A stretch of DNA of 64,000 nucleotides from the human T2T-CHM13v2.0 reference genome, Homo sapiens. The stretch is taken from NCBI RefSeq assembly GCF_009914755.1, contig NC_060934.1. The stretch is one strand, 5' to 3'. Shown in pieces: positions 1-14,703 of this stretch. Numbering within the stretch: the stretch's first letter is position 1; each line of letters begins with the position of its first letter. Position numbers and translations under genes: made by a program. Under the pieces are notes generated by a model, which did no database searches, was not told where the DNA came from, and worked only from the letters and a program-made list of their open reading frames with translations.

Positions 1-79
1 GAAAATTATCATTATATTTCATTGATCTTATTGGGTTAGGATCCCATTACTCAGGAAATCAGTGTGAGGTAAGTGAAAG

Positions 80-315
80 TAATTTGAACAACAATAAAGG
101 AAATTAATGAATCTATAAACTGATTATTTGAAAAGATAAATAAAATTTATAAACATCTAGCTAGCAGGTCAAAAAAGAGAGAGAGAGAAGATAAACAACA
201 TCAAAAATGAAAGAGGGGATATATCTTCAGATCCCATAAACATTAAAAGGATAGAAAGGAAGTATTATAAACAACTTTATGCCTATTCGTTTGATAACTT
301 TCATGAAATGGACAT
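80..315 (+). mobile_element. Ancient L1M ORF2 fragment
   Basis: Degenerate ORF2 sequence (aaagataaataaaatt...aacatcaaaaatgaaagaggggat...tattataaacaactttatgcc...gaaatggac). Confidence 0.7.
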
Positions 316-1450
316 CAAAGTTTTTTGTACTAATACCACTAGGCAGCTTCTCAAATTACTGGTGCATTAATTTGTGAAGTTAAGATAAAAAGGTTCTCTC
401 CTGTGTTTACAGGGCAACTTATAAATCCAGTATTAGAGCATTTGAAGAATGTGTAATCCCCTTCTCCTTTCCTGGATTATCTCTTAGCAATATATATTTC
501 TGTGAAAGAAAATTTCTCTCATGTTCAGTGACATCTTTTCTGATGTCACTTTTTTCTTCAGAAACTGTTTTCATTAAGCTGGTGCTCTTCCTATTGATAA
601 TGTGCTTGTAAGAACTGTTTGTAATAAAGGTTTATAATAACTGATGAGGGATACCATATTGTATATTATTGATTTTATTATGTTCACCATCATTGTTCTG
701 AAGTTTTGAAATATTTATTTTCCAAAATTATAACAAGGAATGTATATGAGTAAAATTTTTTTTCTGTCCACGACTGCCACCATCTTGTTAAGCCACCATT
801 TTTATTTGCTTTTCTCCCAGGTTCTCCCAAATCCTCTCCACCACCTACCATCAACCCTTGAAAACCTTACTACTATTATCTCTTGCAAAGCAAGCTAACT
901 CTTTTTAGTTCATATGGCTTTATCTTTATCCATTCAGTGTCTTTTTTGATGTAAGTAGTCAACATCTGATGCTGAATATAAGGAATGCAGTTTATATTTT
1001 CCTAAGTTGAAAAAAAGTCCTTACTTTGAGTTACTTTTCTTCAAACCTAGAAAGATATTTTTATTTAAATAGGGTAATTGAAGTGGTATTTATTTTGGAG
1101 TCCAGCAGGGCTTTGAGGTATTTAAAGAATAAGATAATAAAATGATCTAGGAAGTTAATAAATTGTAATTACCTCTACTCTCCTAAGAGTAGAGGTCTTA
1201 TTTTAATGTATAAAAGTTGGTCCAGTGTAACAATTGTGTGAATAATGGTGATAGTTGATATCTGTTATTACTTGGTCTTGTATTTTAACATTATATCTTA
1301 AACATTTTCCAGAATGGAAAAGAGCATATTTCTATTATTTCCTGTATTTCCTTTTGCTATGAAATGTAAAAAAAAAATACAAAGACAAAATAATTGTTAT
1401 CCAAAATTAACCCTTATTAATGTTTTATTATATTTTCTTCAAGTTTCTTT

Positions 1451-3351
1451 TTTTGAAATTTTACATTCAAGGTTACATGTGCAGGATGTGCAGGTTTGTT
1501 ACATAGGTAAATATGTGCCATAGTAGTTTGCTGCTTCATGTGTGTTGTTCTCCCTGTGTCCATGTATTATCATTATTCAGCTCCCACTTGTAAGTGAGAG
1601 CATGTGGTGTTTGGTTTTCTGTTCCTGCATTAGTTTGCTGAGAATAATGATTTCCAGCTCCATTCATGTCCCTTGCAAAGGACATGATCTCATTCCTTTT
1701 TATGGGTGCATAGTATTCCATGGTGCTTATGTACCACATTTTCTTTATCCAGTCTATCATTGATGGGCATTTGGGTTGACTCCATGTCTCTGCTATTGTG
1801 TATAGTGCTGCAATGAACACATACCTGCATGTATCTTCTTGTAATTTTTATTTTTTTAATAATAGAATGATTTACACTCCTTTGGGCATATACCCAGTAA
1901 TAGGATTGCTGGGTCAAATGGTATTTCTGGTTCTAGATCTTTGAGGAATTCCCACACTGTCTTCCACAATAGTTGAACTAATTTACATTCCCACCAACAG
2001 TGTAAAAGTGTTCCTTTTTCTCCGCAGCCTCACTAACATCTGTTGTTTCTTGACGTTTTAATAATCACCATTTTGACTGGCATGAGATGGTATCTCATTA
2101 TGGTTTTGATGTGCATTGCTCTAATGATTACTGATGTTGAACTTTCTCTGATATGATTGTTGGTCGCATGTACGTCTTCTTTTGAGAAGTGTCTGTTCAT
2201 GTCCTTTACCCACTTTTTAATGGGATTGTTTGTTGTTTTCATGTAAATTTGTTTAAATTTCTTGTAGATTCTGGATATTAGACAAATGTCAGATGGATAG
2301 ATTGCAAAAATTTTCTCCTGTTCTGTAGGATGTGTGTTCACTCTGATGATAGTTTCTTTTGCTGTGCAGAAGTTCTTTAGTTTAATTAGATCCCATGCCA
2401 ATTTTTGCTTTTGTTGCAATTGCTTTTGATGTTTTTGTCATGAAATCTTTGCCCATGCCTATGTCCTGAAGGGAATTGCATAGATTTTCTTCTAGAGTTT
2501 TTATAGTTTTGGTTTTTACATTTAAGTCTTTAATCTACCTTGAGTTAATTTTTGTATAAAGTGTAATGAAGGGGTCCAGTTTCAATTTTCTGCATATGGC
2601 TAGCCAGTTCTCCCAGCACCATTTATTAAATAGGGAATCCTTTCCCTGTTGCTTGTTTTTGTCAGGTTTGTCGAAGATCAGATGGTTGTAGATGTGTGAT
2701 CTTATTTCTGAGTTCTCTATTCTGTTCCCTTGGTCTATGTGTCTGTTTTTGTACCAGTACCATGCTGTTTTGGTTACTGTAGCCTTGTAGGATAGTTTGA
2801 AGTCAGGTAGCATGATGCCTCCAGGTTTGTTCTTTTTGCTTAGGATTGTCTTGGCTATAGGGGCTCCTTTTCAGTTCCATATAAATTTTAAAATAGTTTT
2901 TAAAATGTCAATGGTAGTTTAATGGAAATAGCATTGAATCTATAAATTACTTTAGGCATTATGGCCATTTTCACAATATTGATTATTTCTATCCATGAAC
3001 AGGGAATGTTTTTCCATTTGTTTGTGTGTTCCCTGATTTCCTTGAGCAGTGGTTTGTAGTTCTCCTTGAAGAGGTCCTTCACTTCTCTTTTAGCTGTGTT
3101 CCTAGGTATTTCTCTTTGTAGCAATTGTGAATGGGAGTTCATTCTTGATTTGGCTGTCTGCTTCTCTATTATTGGTGTATAGTAATGCTTGTGATTTTTG
3201 CATTGTTACATTGATTTTGTATCCTGAGACTTTGCTGAAGTTCCTTATCAGCTTAAGAAGCTTTTGGGCTGAGACGATGGGGTTTTCTAGATATAGAATC
3301 ATGTCATCTGCAAACAAAGATAATTTGACTTCCTCCCTGCCTATTTGAATG
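1451..3351 (-). mobile_element. 5'-truncated L1PA (approx. L1PA7-10): 3'UTR plus 3' part of ORF2
   Basis: ORF-track peptides are L1 ORF2 ([14 protein letters not shown] motif, [32 protein letters not shown]). 12-bp TSD tcaagtttcttt at 1439-1450 and 3352-3363; TT/AAAG endonuclease-type site on the minus strand. Confidence 0.95.
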
Positions 3352-3399
3352 TCAAGTTTCTTTAAGGTAAAAATCTCACAGATAATGTTCCTTTAGTTC

Positions 3400-4120
3400 C
3401 TTATTGTGAAGACCAACACAGTGTTTTAAAATACATATAAATGTATTATACTGTACCAATTTTTCTGCAACTTGCTTTTTTAATGAAAAATCATGTTTTA
3501 TAAGTCTAACCACTGTGAGATATAGAAATCTAGTTCTTCTCTATAACTATTGCATAGAATTACCACATTTTCCTTACCCCATTTCTCTATTGATGATATT
3601 TAGCTTATTTCCAATATTTTGCTATTAAAAACAATACTATAATAAGAAAAGCAGGACTTCTTGCATAAAAGAAATATATATATAAAATTTTCAATTATAC
3701 TAGATTTTGGCAGATTGTCCTCTACATTGTTCTATGTAATTGAACTTCCACTAGCATGAGTTTCCTTTTCCCCATGTCCTCCTTTAAACTTTATGTTATC
3801 AGACTTAATAATTTTAACTAGTCTCATGGGTGTGTGAAATAATACCTCACTGTGCATGTGTATGTGTGAGTGTTTTAGCATATTTTGGGAATTAATCTTT
3901 GTATTCTATATATTTTATAAATATTGCCTCCTGATTAATAGCTTACATCTTATCTTTAAATATGTTTTTTTAAATTTGAGTTTAAATGAACAAAAATTTG
4001 GCCATCTCTTTCTTAATGGTTTGTAATTTTTGCATGTTGTTTCAGAAATTCTTTTTTTATCTGAAGGGAACAACTTATTTTCTATGTTTCTCTTAACTTC
4101 TGTAGTTATATTCTTTTCAT
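3400..4120 (-). mobile_element. Ancient L1ME-type 3' region (host of the L1PA insertion)
   Basis: Degenerate antisense L1 3' motifs (ctgcaacttgctttttt, ccatttctctattgatg, tttccaatattttgctatta, tttgtaattttttgcatg). Confidence 0.6.
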
Positions 4121-6689
4121 ACAATAACTATTTCTTCCTTTTCTCCAATATTTTTTATGCCTCTCTCCATTCTGTGTATGATAGGTTTCCCTTCAAGTTC
4201 ATTTGAAATACTTTTAAAACACTTATAAATGAGTTCTCAAGCCTGAGTGTACAAACAAATTATTTTTCAATATCACAAGGTAATTTTCATTTCAAGACCT
4301 TTCTGCAGAAATGTTGGTGAGGGGATTGTTTCCACATTCCAGGACTTATGTGGTGCTGAGACATTGTGGCATATCTGGCCAATGAGTCATCTATCCAAGT
4401 GGGAATCCTAGAGACCCACCTTTCTTACTCAGTACTTAGCTATTCAGCCATACAGATCTTTCTTGAGACCACTCATGTTCTTGTCCTCAAGGCTTCTTCA
4501 AGGCTGTTGGCATCTATGGTCTATGGCAGAGCCAGGCTTCAGGCGTGGACATCATTCTACATCTTTGACACCATAATTGGGTAGTAGAAACTCTCCATGC
4601 CCGTGCAGGACTCCGTCTGCCTGGACCCATTACACAAATGTTCTTTACTGTCACTGATGATTTGCTGCCTTCCCTAAGCCACACTCCGAGAATCCTGTTC
4701 TGGAATCACAGCACAGGGCCCCTCTCTCAAAGACCCTACAATTTCTCTTTTTCATTGCTTCCTTACTATCTCTTCTATTTTCCTTTCCACCCAGGGGGTT
4801 CTTTTTCTAGTCAGGATGGGAATGGGCATGAGACACCATTTTTTTTCTTTTTTTTTTTTCTACACATTTTATTCTAAATCCTTAAAATCTCTCCAAAGGA
4901 ATTTAAGTTTTTTGGAGCATAAAAGGCAGAGACTTTTAGGCTGCTTCTGCTTTGTTTTCTGACATATCCTTTCACTGAAGTGATGAATACAGAGCCAAGT
5001 TTGTGCCTGCATGAGGCAAGAGATAGTGGGAAATTACTGGAACAAAAAATTTAAAAAGGAAAACAGCCAACTTCTTTAAAATATTATCCTGCCATGCTCA
5101 CATGTTATAATTTTAATCTTCATAGCTTTGATTTCTGTACTTTTGAATTACTGTTATAATTTGGTATATTTATATTGCCTCTGATTATTCAATTTAGTAG
5201 GAGCAATACTAAAAGTTCTCGTTTCTTTTCAGTCAGTCTAAGGTCTTGCTGTCTGCTGGCTGCCAGACCTGTACCTATTAAAATTCACATTTATTAATGC
5301 TCATGGTCTGCTTTGAGCCATTCTAATCACACTGTCCTTCCTGTCTTAGTTTTCTTTTACATCAGACTTTAAAACATGTCTCCATTTCCTACCATCAATC
5401 ATTAGTTAAGCCTTGACTTGTTAAAACTTCTGTCTAAAGCATTATGTTAGTAAAATGATTAGACTGCAGGTCCATGTCTCTTATCATTAGCCAGAGTTTT
5501 TGCATCTGATCCCCACAGTGATCCAAATGCAGAATTGTTTTCCATGAGCTGTCGTGGAGAAGGAGGTCATTATGACAAAAGACTTCTGCCTAATTTATAT
5601 AGTGAGGCATGCTCACTAATTGTGGCGTCAGAGCTCTGACCAGTTACCAATTGATTTCTATCAGTGTTGTGGGAGATGATAAATTTTAATCAGAATTTTT
5701 TGGTCTCTATTAGTCTGGCTTTTTAAAAAAAATAATGGATTTCTCTCATTCATGCTTTCCCTAGTCTGCATTTTTATGACTGTGATGTGCTTTGATTTAC
5801 TTCATTCAAAGTATGATGCTCTGGCTTCAATTACTCCATTTAACTTTAAATAGACATTGCTACAAGTCTTACTGATACAAAGAACATCTGGTGTCAATAA
5901 ATTGCAGCAGGAGGTGCCATGTGGGAAGGAACCCAAGAACTAAACACATCTCTGGGCACATCCTTCAGGACCATGAGCACACATATTGTGGCATTCTGCC
6001 ACTTATCTTCTTACATGTTATCAGAGTGGAGCTCAGGGAGTTTGGGTCAGCATGGCATCATGATTTTCATTGCAACAACGTTTGACTCACTGACTTAAGC
6101 TCCAGACACAAAACATTCTGTTCAGTTGATAACATCTTTGGGGACGACTTTTGCTAAACAGGAAAGGCACAGAGAGCAAGGGACACTTTTTTTTTTAATG
6201 TCATGCACAGGGTGTTTAATGAAAGAGATTGTAAAAAAGTCAGAGTAAAGAACTCTATTCCTCATGTCCCCTCCTTGCCAACATGCACCAAACCCAAAGT
6301 GCTGAAGTCTCTACAAGGAAATATATTTATTCCTTGCTATTTGTGGGTTGATTACAGCCACAAATTTTAACAACTACCTTAAACTACCAGATACAAATAG
6401 TAGACTGTACAATTATTTAAATCATGAGAAACTTTTGCCTGATTTGAAGCCTAGAAAAGTAAATTCTTCTTTAATTATAAAAGTACGGATAGCATAGGAA
6501 TAATTTACCAAAGATGTAACTGATATTTAAGTTTTATTCTGTACACAAGGTTTCTGAATCAAAGTTGTGCACTGCTAATCTAATCCTGGTAAAGAAGGGT
6601 GCTCTTCATCATACGTTGTATTTAAATGACAATAAGTGCAATTATTTATGGATCACAGAGCTGGAAAACAGACTTCTGTTTCTCAAAGT

Positions 6690-7030
6690 ATCAAAGTGTT
6701 TTGATCTCATTTATCTCAGGAGTCAGAACCCGGAACCCAACGTGACCAGACTCTCCTTGTCTTCACTGCTTGTTTCTGCTGTGCTTCTTGGATGCTCTCC
6801 CTGTGCTAGGGAAGCAGCTGACCACAGAGATCACATCCTCCCAGTTTTAACCACTCCTGAAGAAAGACAGTCCCCTTCCCCAGGGTCCATATATTGATCT
6901 CACAGAAGGACCCTGATTGGCTTTGTTTTGTGCTGTTCTCACCCTTGAATCAATCACGCTGCCAGAAAGGAAGGGCTCGTGATGGGCCAAGAACTGTTTT
7001 TGTGGTGAGGAGAGCGGGTTCTGTTTCCAG
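6690..7030 (-). mobile_element. Ancient MaLR LTR fragment (MLT1J/K/L-like)
   Basis: Motifs gaaggaccctgattgg and cacccttgaatcaatcac, typical of antisense MLT1. Confidence 0.5.
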
Positions 7031-7937
7031 GAGGAGGGAGATGAGAAAGCTTACTGGGCAAAAGAAACAAACAAAAAAACCCCAAACCAATTAAACAAAT
7101 ACAAGCAATAGGTACTACCATCTGTAAACCAATTCTGGATAAAGATTTGGGGAATGGGTCTGAGAAAGGCATACATTTCAGTCTGGGGACATTTTCTTTG
7201 TTCTGTCTACCCAGAGCTAAAACACCCTCGTAAGACAGGCCGTCATGTCCCACCACAAGGAAAGAGGAAATAGACATCTCTTCTGCATTTTGGGGGAGAA
7301 TGAAATAGCAGCAAGAGAGAATGAGAATGTTCTCTAAAAGGCAAATACCAAAATAGGGTTAGACTGGGTCAGCACTCCCCTGAGTAAGTCCTCGCAGGAT
7401 GATAAGAGGTAGTGTTAAGTGAGTAAAAGGAAGAAGATTAGGTTACACAACATTAGAAAGCTTTCCTTTTTGAAAGTTTTTATAGAACTTTTAACATACC
7501 GAATACTTTTGAGAATTTCAGAAGACAATATGGCATGCAGAATTTTGAAAACACGTTTAGGTAGAGAACTTTTTTATTTATTAAAGAAAGTGAAAAATTA
7601 CGTAATTTTTATACATTGATTATCCTGCTATTCTACCAGTTTTTTTTTAATGTAAGAAAGCAATAAAGGCTGGGATTCCAAATCAGGGCTTTTATTATAT
7701 GGTGGGTGTCTATGGGGCCAGAAAGCCCAGCCACAAATTCAAAAAACTTTCTGTACCTGCTGATCTTCCTTCCCTGTGATCACCAACAGATCCTACAAGA
7801 AGGGTCATTGGAATCATGCCACCTGAGTCATCCCAATTTGATGTACCCAAACTGATGAAATAAAAAGAAAACAATGCCATGAGAAGCATTGTAGCATCTG
7901 CTATGTAATAAAGACCTAATAAGTCATTCAATTTCAG

Positions 7938-7985
7938 GATTCAAAATCCAATGCCTAGAATACCTACACAGCTTCTCAGGAACAG
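7938..7985 (+). other. Candidate 48-nt exon
   Basis: ctaat branch-like site, ttcaatttcag acceptor and consensus donor CAG|gtgagt in non-repeat DNA; weak pyrimidine tract. Confidence 0.2.
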
Positions 7986-8844
7986 GTGAGTTATCCATAA
8001 AACATATTATTTGACATGGAAGCTGAAGGCTCCATTCCTTCTGCATACCTGATTCGCTATCATTCCAGCTCATGTCAGAGCCGCCTGGAATCTTCGATAT
8101 TGATTCAGAACATCTCATCTACACAGCAAAGTGGTCGAGGTTGGAGAAAGAGTGCTTAAAAGAGATAAAAATCTACTATCCTCCCACAACTTTCAGCAGA
8201 AACCAGTCGTTTCACTGTCTTTGGCTAATGAATATCACTGTATTTTAAATCAAGAAATAGTGTGTGAACAGAGTGTTGTGGTCAACTCTTTTCAACCTGT
8301 TTGTTTTACCTAGTTCTGTGACTTTGAAAGCAAGTTGCTTGTAATATTTTAATTTGTTTACCATTTACTTCCCTTTCTCCTCTCTTAATAGAATGAGGTT
8401 AGCTGATTAAATGGGAGAATTTGGCAGAAGGCATATTTGGTAGGGAAGGTTGAGAGAGAACAACATACTTTTCCTTCAAATCTGATGTCAAAAGTAGAGG
8501 AGGTTTTAATAGCCCAGGAAAGGCACAGTCTAAGAGTTCTCATATTCGAACTTTCAATCTCTTTAGAGACCAGATTCATAGACACAATACTAAGTTTTAC
8601 CTACTCAGGAGAAGCAATTGGATTAGCTTTTCTAGAATGAAGAGGTTTTTCAGTTTGGGGTTGCTTCAATCTCATTCAAATTTCTTTGCTAAAACATATA
8701 TGTCACTGAATAAGAGTTTATGTTTGAGGATCACCAATAAACTTTCAGAAATTGATACATACTTTTACATCTGCCACTCATATTTTCAAAGTTCATGTCT
8801 GGACAGTATGGTTAACTTAAAATTTGAGTTTCATTTACATGAAA

Positions 8845-8972
8845 ATATTGTATGGTTTATAATACTAAGATCTAGAATCCACTCCTGTTACCATTTTTTA
8901 ATCTTCTTATCTTGGACTAATTATTTCACCTCCTCAAATCCCAGGTTCTTCATTTGTAAACTGAGGTGAAAA
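8845..8972 (+). mobile_element. MIR fragment
   Basis: Core-like aattatttcacctcctcaaatcccaggttcttcatttgtaaactgagg. Confidence 0.6.
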
Positions 8973-9034
8973 CAATATTTATTCCATTCACTCACAAAAA
9001 TGTTGTCATACCTGAAATGTGTCCAACACATCAA

Positions 9035-9155
9035 AATGATAACTACCTGGCTGATAGACACCCTAGTACTCTGAGTTGATCATTACACAGTCTGTGCATA
9101 TAACAAAATTTCACGTGTACCTTATGTACAAATATGATGCATAAAAATTTAAAAA
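9035..9155 (+). mobile_element. L1MA/MB 3'-terminal fragment
   Basis: gttgatcattacacagtctgtgcatataacaaaatttcacgtgtacc...aaaaa matches old L1 3' ends. Confidence 0.6.
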
Positions 9156-9189
9156 TTTGTCATAATCAAATGACATTTGTGATAGTTTG

Positions 9190-9715
9190 TATATTTTGAG
9201 ATCTGCTACAAAATGTTGTGTTGGATATTAAGGCCACAATGATGAATGACAGACCCCTGAGCATATGGACTTTACGGGTGAGAATTATAGTATATTAGGA
9301 AAAATGCGGGAAGGGTATCTAGCAACTGCAGTATGTTAGAATAAATGTGGGAAGGATATATACAACAGTCTTCGAGGAGCAGAGAAGACTCCTGGGAGGT
9401 GGGGACACCTCCCGTGTGAGTTGAAAGATAGCTAGATAAATGAATTGGCAACATTTTTCAAGTGGAGAATATGCAAAGATTCAGAAAGGAGAGAGAACAT
9501 GGCATTTTTAGGGAATAAAAAAAGAGTTCAATTTATTTGGAGCATTAGGTTTGGGGAATTGGGGTCGGAGAATGAAAGATACAGAATGAGAGGAGTAAAT
9601 GAAGGCCAGATGATTTTAAACTATATATAGGAGTTTGGACTTTAACCTGATGGCAATAGCGAGTCAACATAAAATTTATTTCAAAAGTTTTGAATAGGAA
9701 ATGGCATAAGCCATT
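9190..9715 (-). mobile_element. L2 fragment
   Basis: Purine-rich antisense L2 motifs (gagttgaaagatag, gcaaagattcaga, ggagtttggactttaacctga). Confidence 0.6.
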
Positions 9716-10639
9716 TTATAAATGTGAGAGTTATTATTGGGCTTTCATTAATTATTTAAGTGATAGTATTCAGACAGCAACTCGATCTAGGTTAATCTGC
9801 AAATATTTAGAGATAGTTTTGGGGCAATGTCTTAATGTTACTAACAGTTCACATCTTTAGATGGTTCTCTTCTTATTTCCGTGTTGATCACACATTTCTG
9901 ATAAACTTAACCTGCGTTTAAAGAAATGTGGAAAAATAATAAAAAAGCACAAAATAATTAAGAAACTCATAAGAAATTCAGGCATTTCTGGAGTTTCAGC
10001 AGAGCTGTTTGGTGATTCTCTCAACATTTCCATAAAAGATTAACTCTATTGGTGTTAATGAGTTCATAAGGCATCATAATTAATATGAGTTGCAAAGCAA
10101 TCAATGCTCTGTCAAAAAATAGATATAACTTTTCAGGAAATGATCTGTTTGACCAATTGCCTCCAAATATCACAACTTAACTGAAGGAAGCATGATTAGA
10201 AGAAAATCCTTGACCAATTTTTGATTGTTTGCCCTTAGCCTGCATGAACTTATGATGTTATCTTAGGGAACTTGCTTGCCTTGTTGCTGGAATCCTAATC
10301 ATTCCTTGATGATACTCTTCAGATTAAAGGAGATGTACCTATTAACTTGAAGAAAAGAGCTGTCCCTGTTAACATTGCTTCTTGGAAACATATGGGAACA
10401 CTTCAGCAGACTGCCCAATTTCTCCTACTGCCTTGCTTTTGCAATAGTCAACTGTTTAACTTACATTCCAGCCATGATGTAGTAATAAAAAGGTAGGGCC
10501 AGGACATAATTGTATAAAATACAGTTCCTCATTAATTTCTCCTTTTGGGATAGAGACTTTCAAATATCAAAAACTCCTGTTCCATTATAGTTTCAAACAG
10601 TTCATTTAAACCTCCACATAAGTGAAATAGAGATACTTT

Positions 10640-11945
<1,306 letters not shown>

Positions 11946-11947
11946 CA

Positions 11948-12268
11948 CCGTCAGCCCTCCATACCCATGGGTCTTGCACCTGTGGATTCAACCAACCACA
12001 GATAGGAAATATTCAGAAAAGAATGCATCAGTGCTAAACATGTAGAGAATTTTTCTTGTAATTATTTTCTAGACAGTGTGGTATAACAACTATTTATACA
12101 GGCTTTATCTTGCAGTAATCTAAAGATGATTTAAATTATATTGAAGGATGTTCATAGGCTATCTGCAAATACCATGTCATTTTATATAAGGGACTTGAGT
12201 ATCTGCAGATTTTGGTATTCCAGGAAGATCCTGGAACCAATCCTTCTTGCATATTGAGGAACAGCTCT
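11948..12268 (-). mobile_element. MER2 (TcMar-Tigger MITE)
   Basis: ggattcaaccaacc...aatctaaagatgatttaaa...ttttatataagggacttgag...cctggaaccaatcc with degenerate terminal inverted repeats. Confidence 0.85.
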
Positions 12269-12281
12269 ATGTGAAAGCCAT

Positions 12282-12694
12282 TGTCCTAGTCTATTTGTGT
12301 TACTGCAAAGGAGTATCTGAGCCAGAGTAATTTATAAAGAAAAGAGGTTTATTTGGCTCACACTTCTGTTGGCTGTACAGGAAACCTAGTGCCAGCATCT
12401 GCTTCTGGTGAAGGTTTCAAGCTGCTTCCACTCATGGTGGAAGTTCTAGGAGAACAGACATCATGTGGCAAAAGAGGAAGGAAGAGATAGAGGAGGGAAG
12501 TGCCCCACTCCTTTTACCAGTCACATCTCCTGGAAACTAACAGAGCAAGAACTCACTATTGTGAGAACAGCACCAAAACATTCATGAGGGATCTGCTCCC
12601 ATGATTCGAACACCTCCCACTAGGCCCCATCTCCAACACAGTGCATCAAATTTCAACATGAGATTTGGAAGGTTCAGATATCCAAACCATAGCA
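12282..12694 (-). mobile_element. MST (MSTB-like) solo LTR, ERVL-MaLR
   Basis: tgtcctagtc...aatttataaagaaaagaggtttatttggctca...aaatttcaacatgagatttgg...ccaaaccatagca. Confidence 0.88.
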
Positions 12695-13094
12695 GTTACC
12701 AAAAATTAAATGGAAGTAATACCCGGGAGAGGTGCAGTAAGCTAGGAGCTAAGATTTTCAGCGAATGAGGAGTGTATTCCAGATATCAGTGAAAACATTT
12801 TAGGTGTGAATAGAAAATAAGCTCAATTTGCCACCTTTTTAAGGTTGTGGCTGCTCTAAGACAAGACAATTGAGATTTTTTAATTTTTTAGTTTGTCAGG
12901 GGGATTGTTATGAGGTGCTACAATATAGGCAGAAAAAAGAAAGATGTGTACAATATTATGTTTTTGAATGACTACTTGTCGAGGCTTTCTTTCTGAGAAA
13001 CTGAACATAATTGGCTCATATATACTAAAAATTGTGTTATACGATTCTCACCTTTAATTTATTTCTAAAAAAATAAAGTTTCCAACGCATTAAA

Positions 13095-13600
13095 ATAAAC
13101 TTTATTTTTAGCGCAGTTTTAGGTTTACAGCAATATTGAGCAGAAGGCACAGAGACTTTTTCATATACTCCCTGCCTCCACACATACATAGTTTCTCCCA
13201 TTAACATCTCTCACCAGATGTTGTATTTTTTACAATTCATAAACTTACATTAGCATATCATTATCTTCCAAAGTCCATAGTTTACACTGGGGTTCACTCG
13301 CGGGTTCATTCCATGAGTTTGGATACATATATCATGTGTACATCATTATAATATTATATAAATAGTTTTATTATCCTAAAAATCCTTATTCCTGTCTATT
13401 CATCCATCTCTCTCCCATCCACTGGCAACCACTGATCTTTTTACTGGATCCATAGTTTTGCTTTATCCATAATGTCATATATTTAAAACCATACAGTAAT
13501 CGTAGCCTTTTCAGACTGGTTTATTTCACTCAGTAATAAGCATTTAAGGTTCCTCCATGTCTTTTCATGACTTGGTAGCTGATTTCTCTTTTGCTCTGTA
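13095..13600 (-). mobile_element. L1MC-type 3' end
   Basis: agcgcagttttaggtttacagcaatattgagcagaagg...caaagtccatagtttacac...ggcaaccactgatcttttt. Confidence 0.85.
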
Positions 13601-14030
13601 CTTCTCAAAATGATTGGTGTATACTTTTTTGTTTTTCAGTGCTCCTGATTGTTATTTATGTACATAGGTAGAATATGGCAAAATTGTATTTGCAGATTGA
13701 ATATTTTCATAAAAGATTTAAAAAACGGCATTCTTATTTTTTCACATTTAAGCTTTCTTCAATTCAAAATGAAATTCAAGATAACACACAGAAATTCGGG
13801 ATTTACATTAAATTCTGTTATCTGTCTAAGATAATTCTATGCTCTTGATTTAGTTAAATAGTTAAATAGTTTTCCCATTGCAGATTTTTATTAACTGATA
13901 GGTATATGTAAGCTGAACTTTATACTATGTCAGGTCCTAAATGGGCCATATTAATAAATGAGAGCTAAAAGAAACATATGTTCTCTTCCCTTGGTACTCA
14001 CTTAATTGTTAAAGATTCAATAGCATCTTT

Positions 14031-14073
14031 AAAAGTCTTCAGGAAATCAAAAAAAAAAGTCTTCAGGAAATCA
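14031..14073 (+). repeat. 19-bp direct repeat flanking a short oligo(A)
   Basis: aaaagtcttcaggaaatca at 14031-14049 and 14055-14073, separated only by A residues. Confidence 0.9.
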
Positions 14074-14244
14074 TGATGAATTGAATTATTAACTTTATAA
14101 ATGTATTTATTGTTCATTAAAATTTTTTGAAATGTAAACCCAGCATGTTGAATACTGAGTTAAAACATATATGAAGCTAATCTTTTCAAAAACCTTATTA
14201 CAAAGTCTCAAGATGAAATTTTTTTCATCATGGTAATCTGAGAG

Positions 14245-14478
14245 ACGCTGTAGAGTGTGGTGTTTAAAAGCCTTATTCTGGAATCCAAAGGTTTGGCTAT
14301 AAGTCCTTGCTCTGCTAATTGTTAGATTTACCTTAGGCGTGTGATTCAAATTTTCCAATCTTAAATTTCCTCACTGTAAAATAGTGGTAATAAAAGAATC
14401 TATTTTATAGGGGTTTTAATTACAATTAAATAATCCATAAAAAGCATTTAGCACAATCCCAGGTATAGAGTAATGATA
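14245..14478 (+). mobile_element. MIR
   Basis: aaatttcctcactgtaaaatagtggtaataa...aaagcatttagcacaatcccagg. Confidence 0.8.
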
Positions 14479-14703
14479 TTTTGTCCTGCCCTCTTCCAAC
14501 TTCAAGATTTCTCTTAAATCATATCCCATGCTTAGAACATTTTTTTCTTCTTTTCTATATACCAAACCACTTTTTACTCAGGAGGATCTCCTAGCAAGTT
14601 TAATTAATTGAAAATGGAGAGATTATTCTAGTGTTCATAAAAATTATTCATGTCAATTTAATCCTAAGGATTTTTAAAATAAATTATAAGATAAGTAGGT
14701 TAC

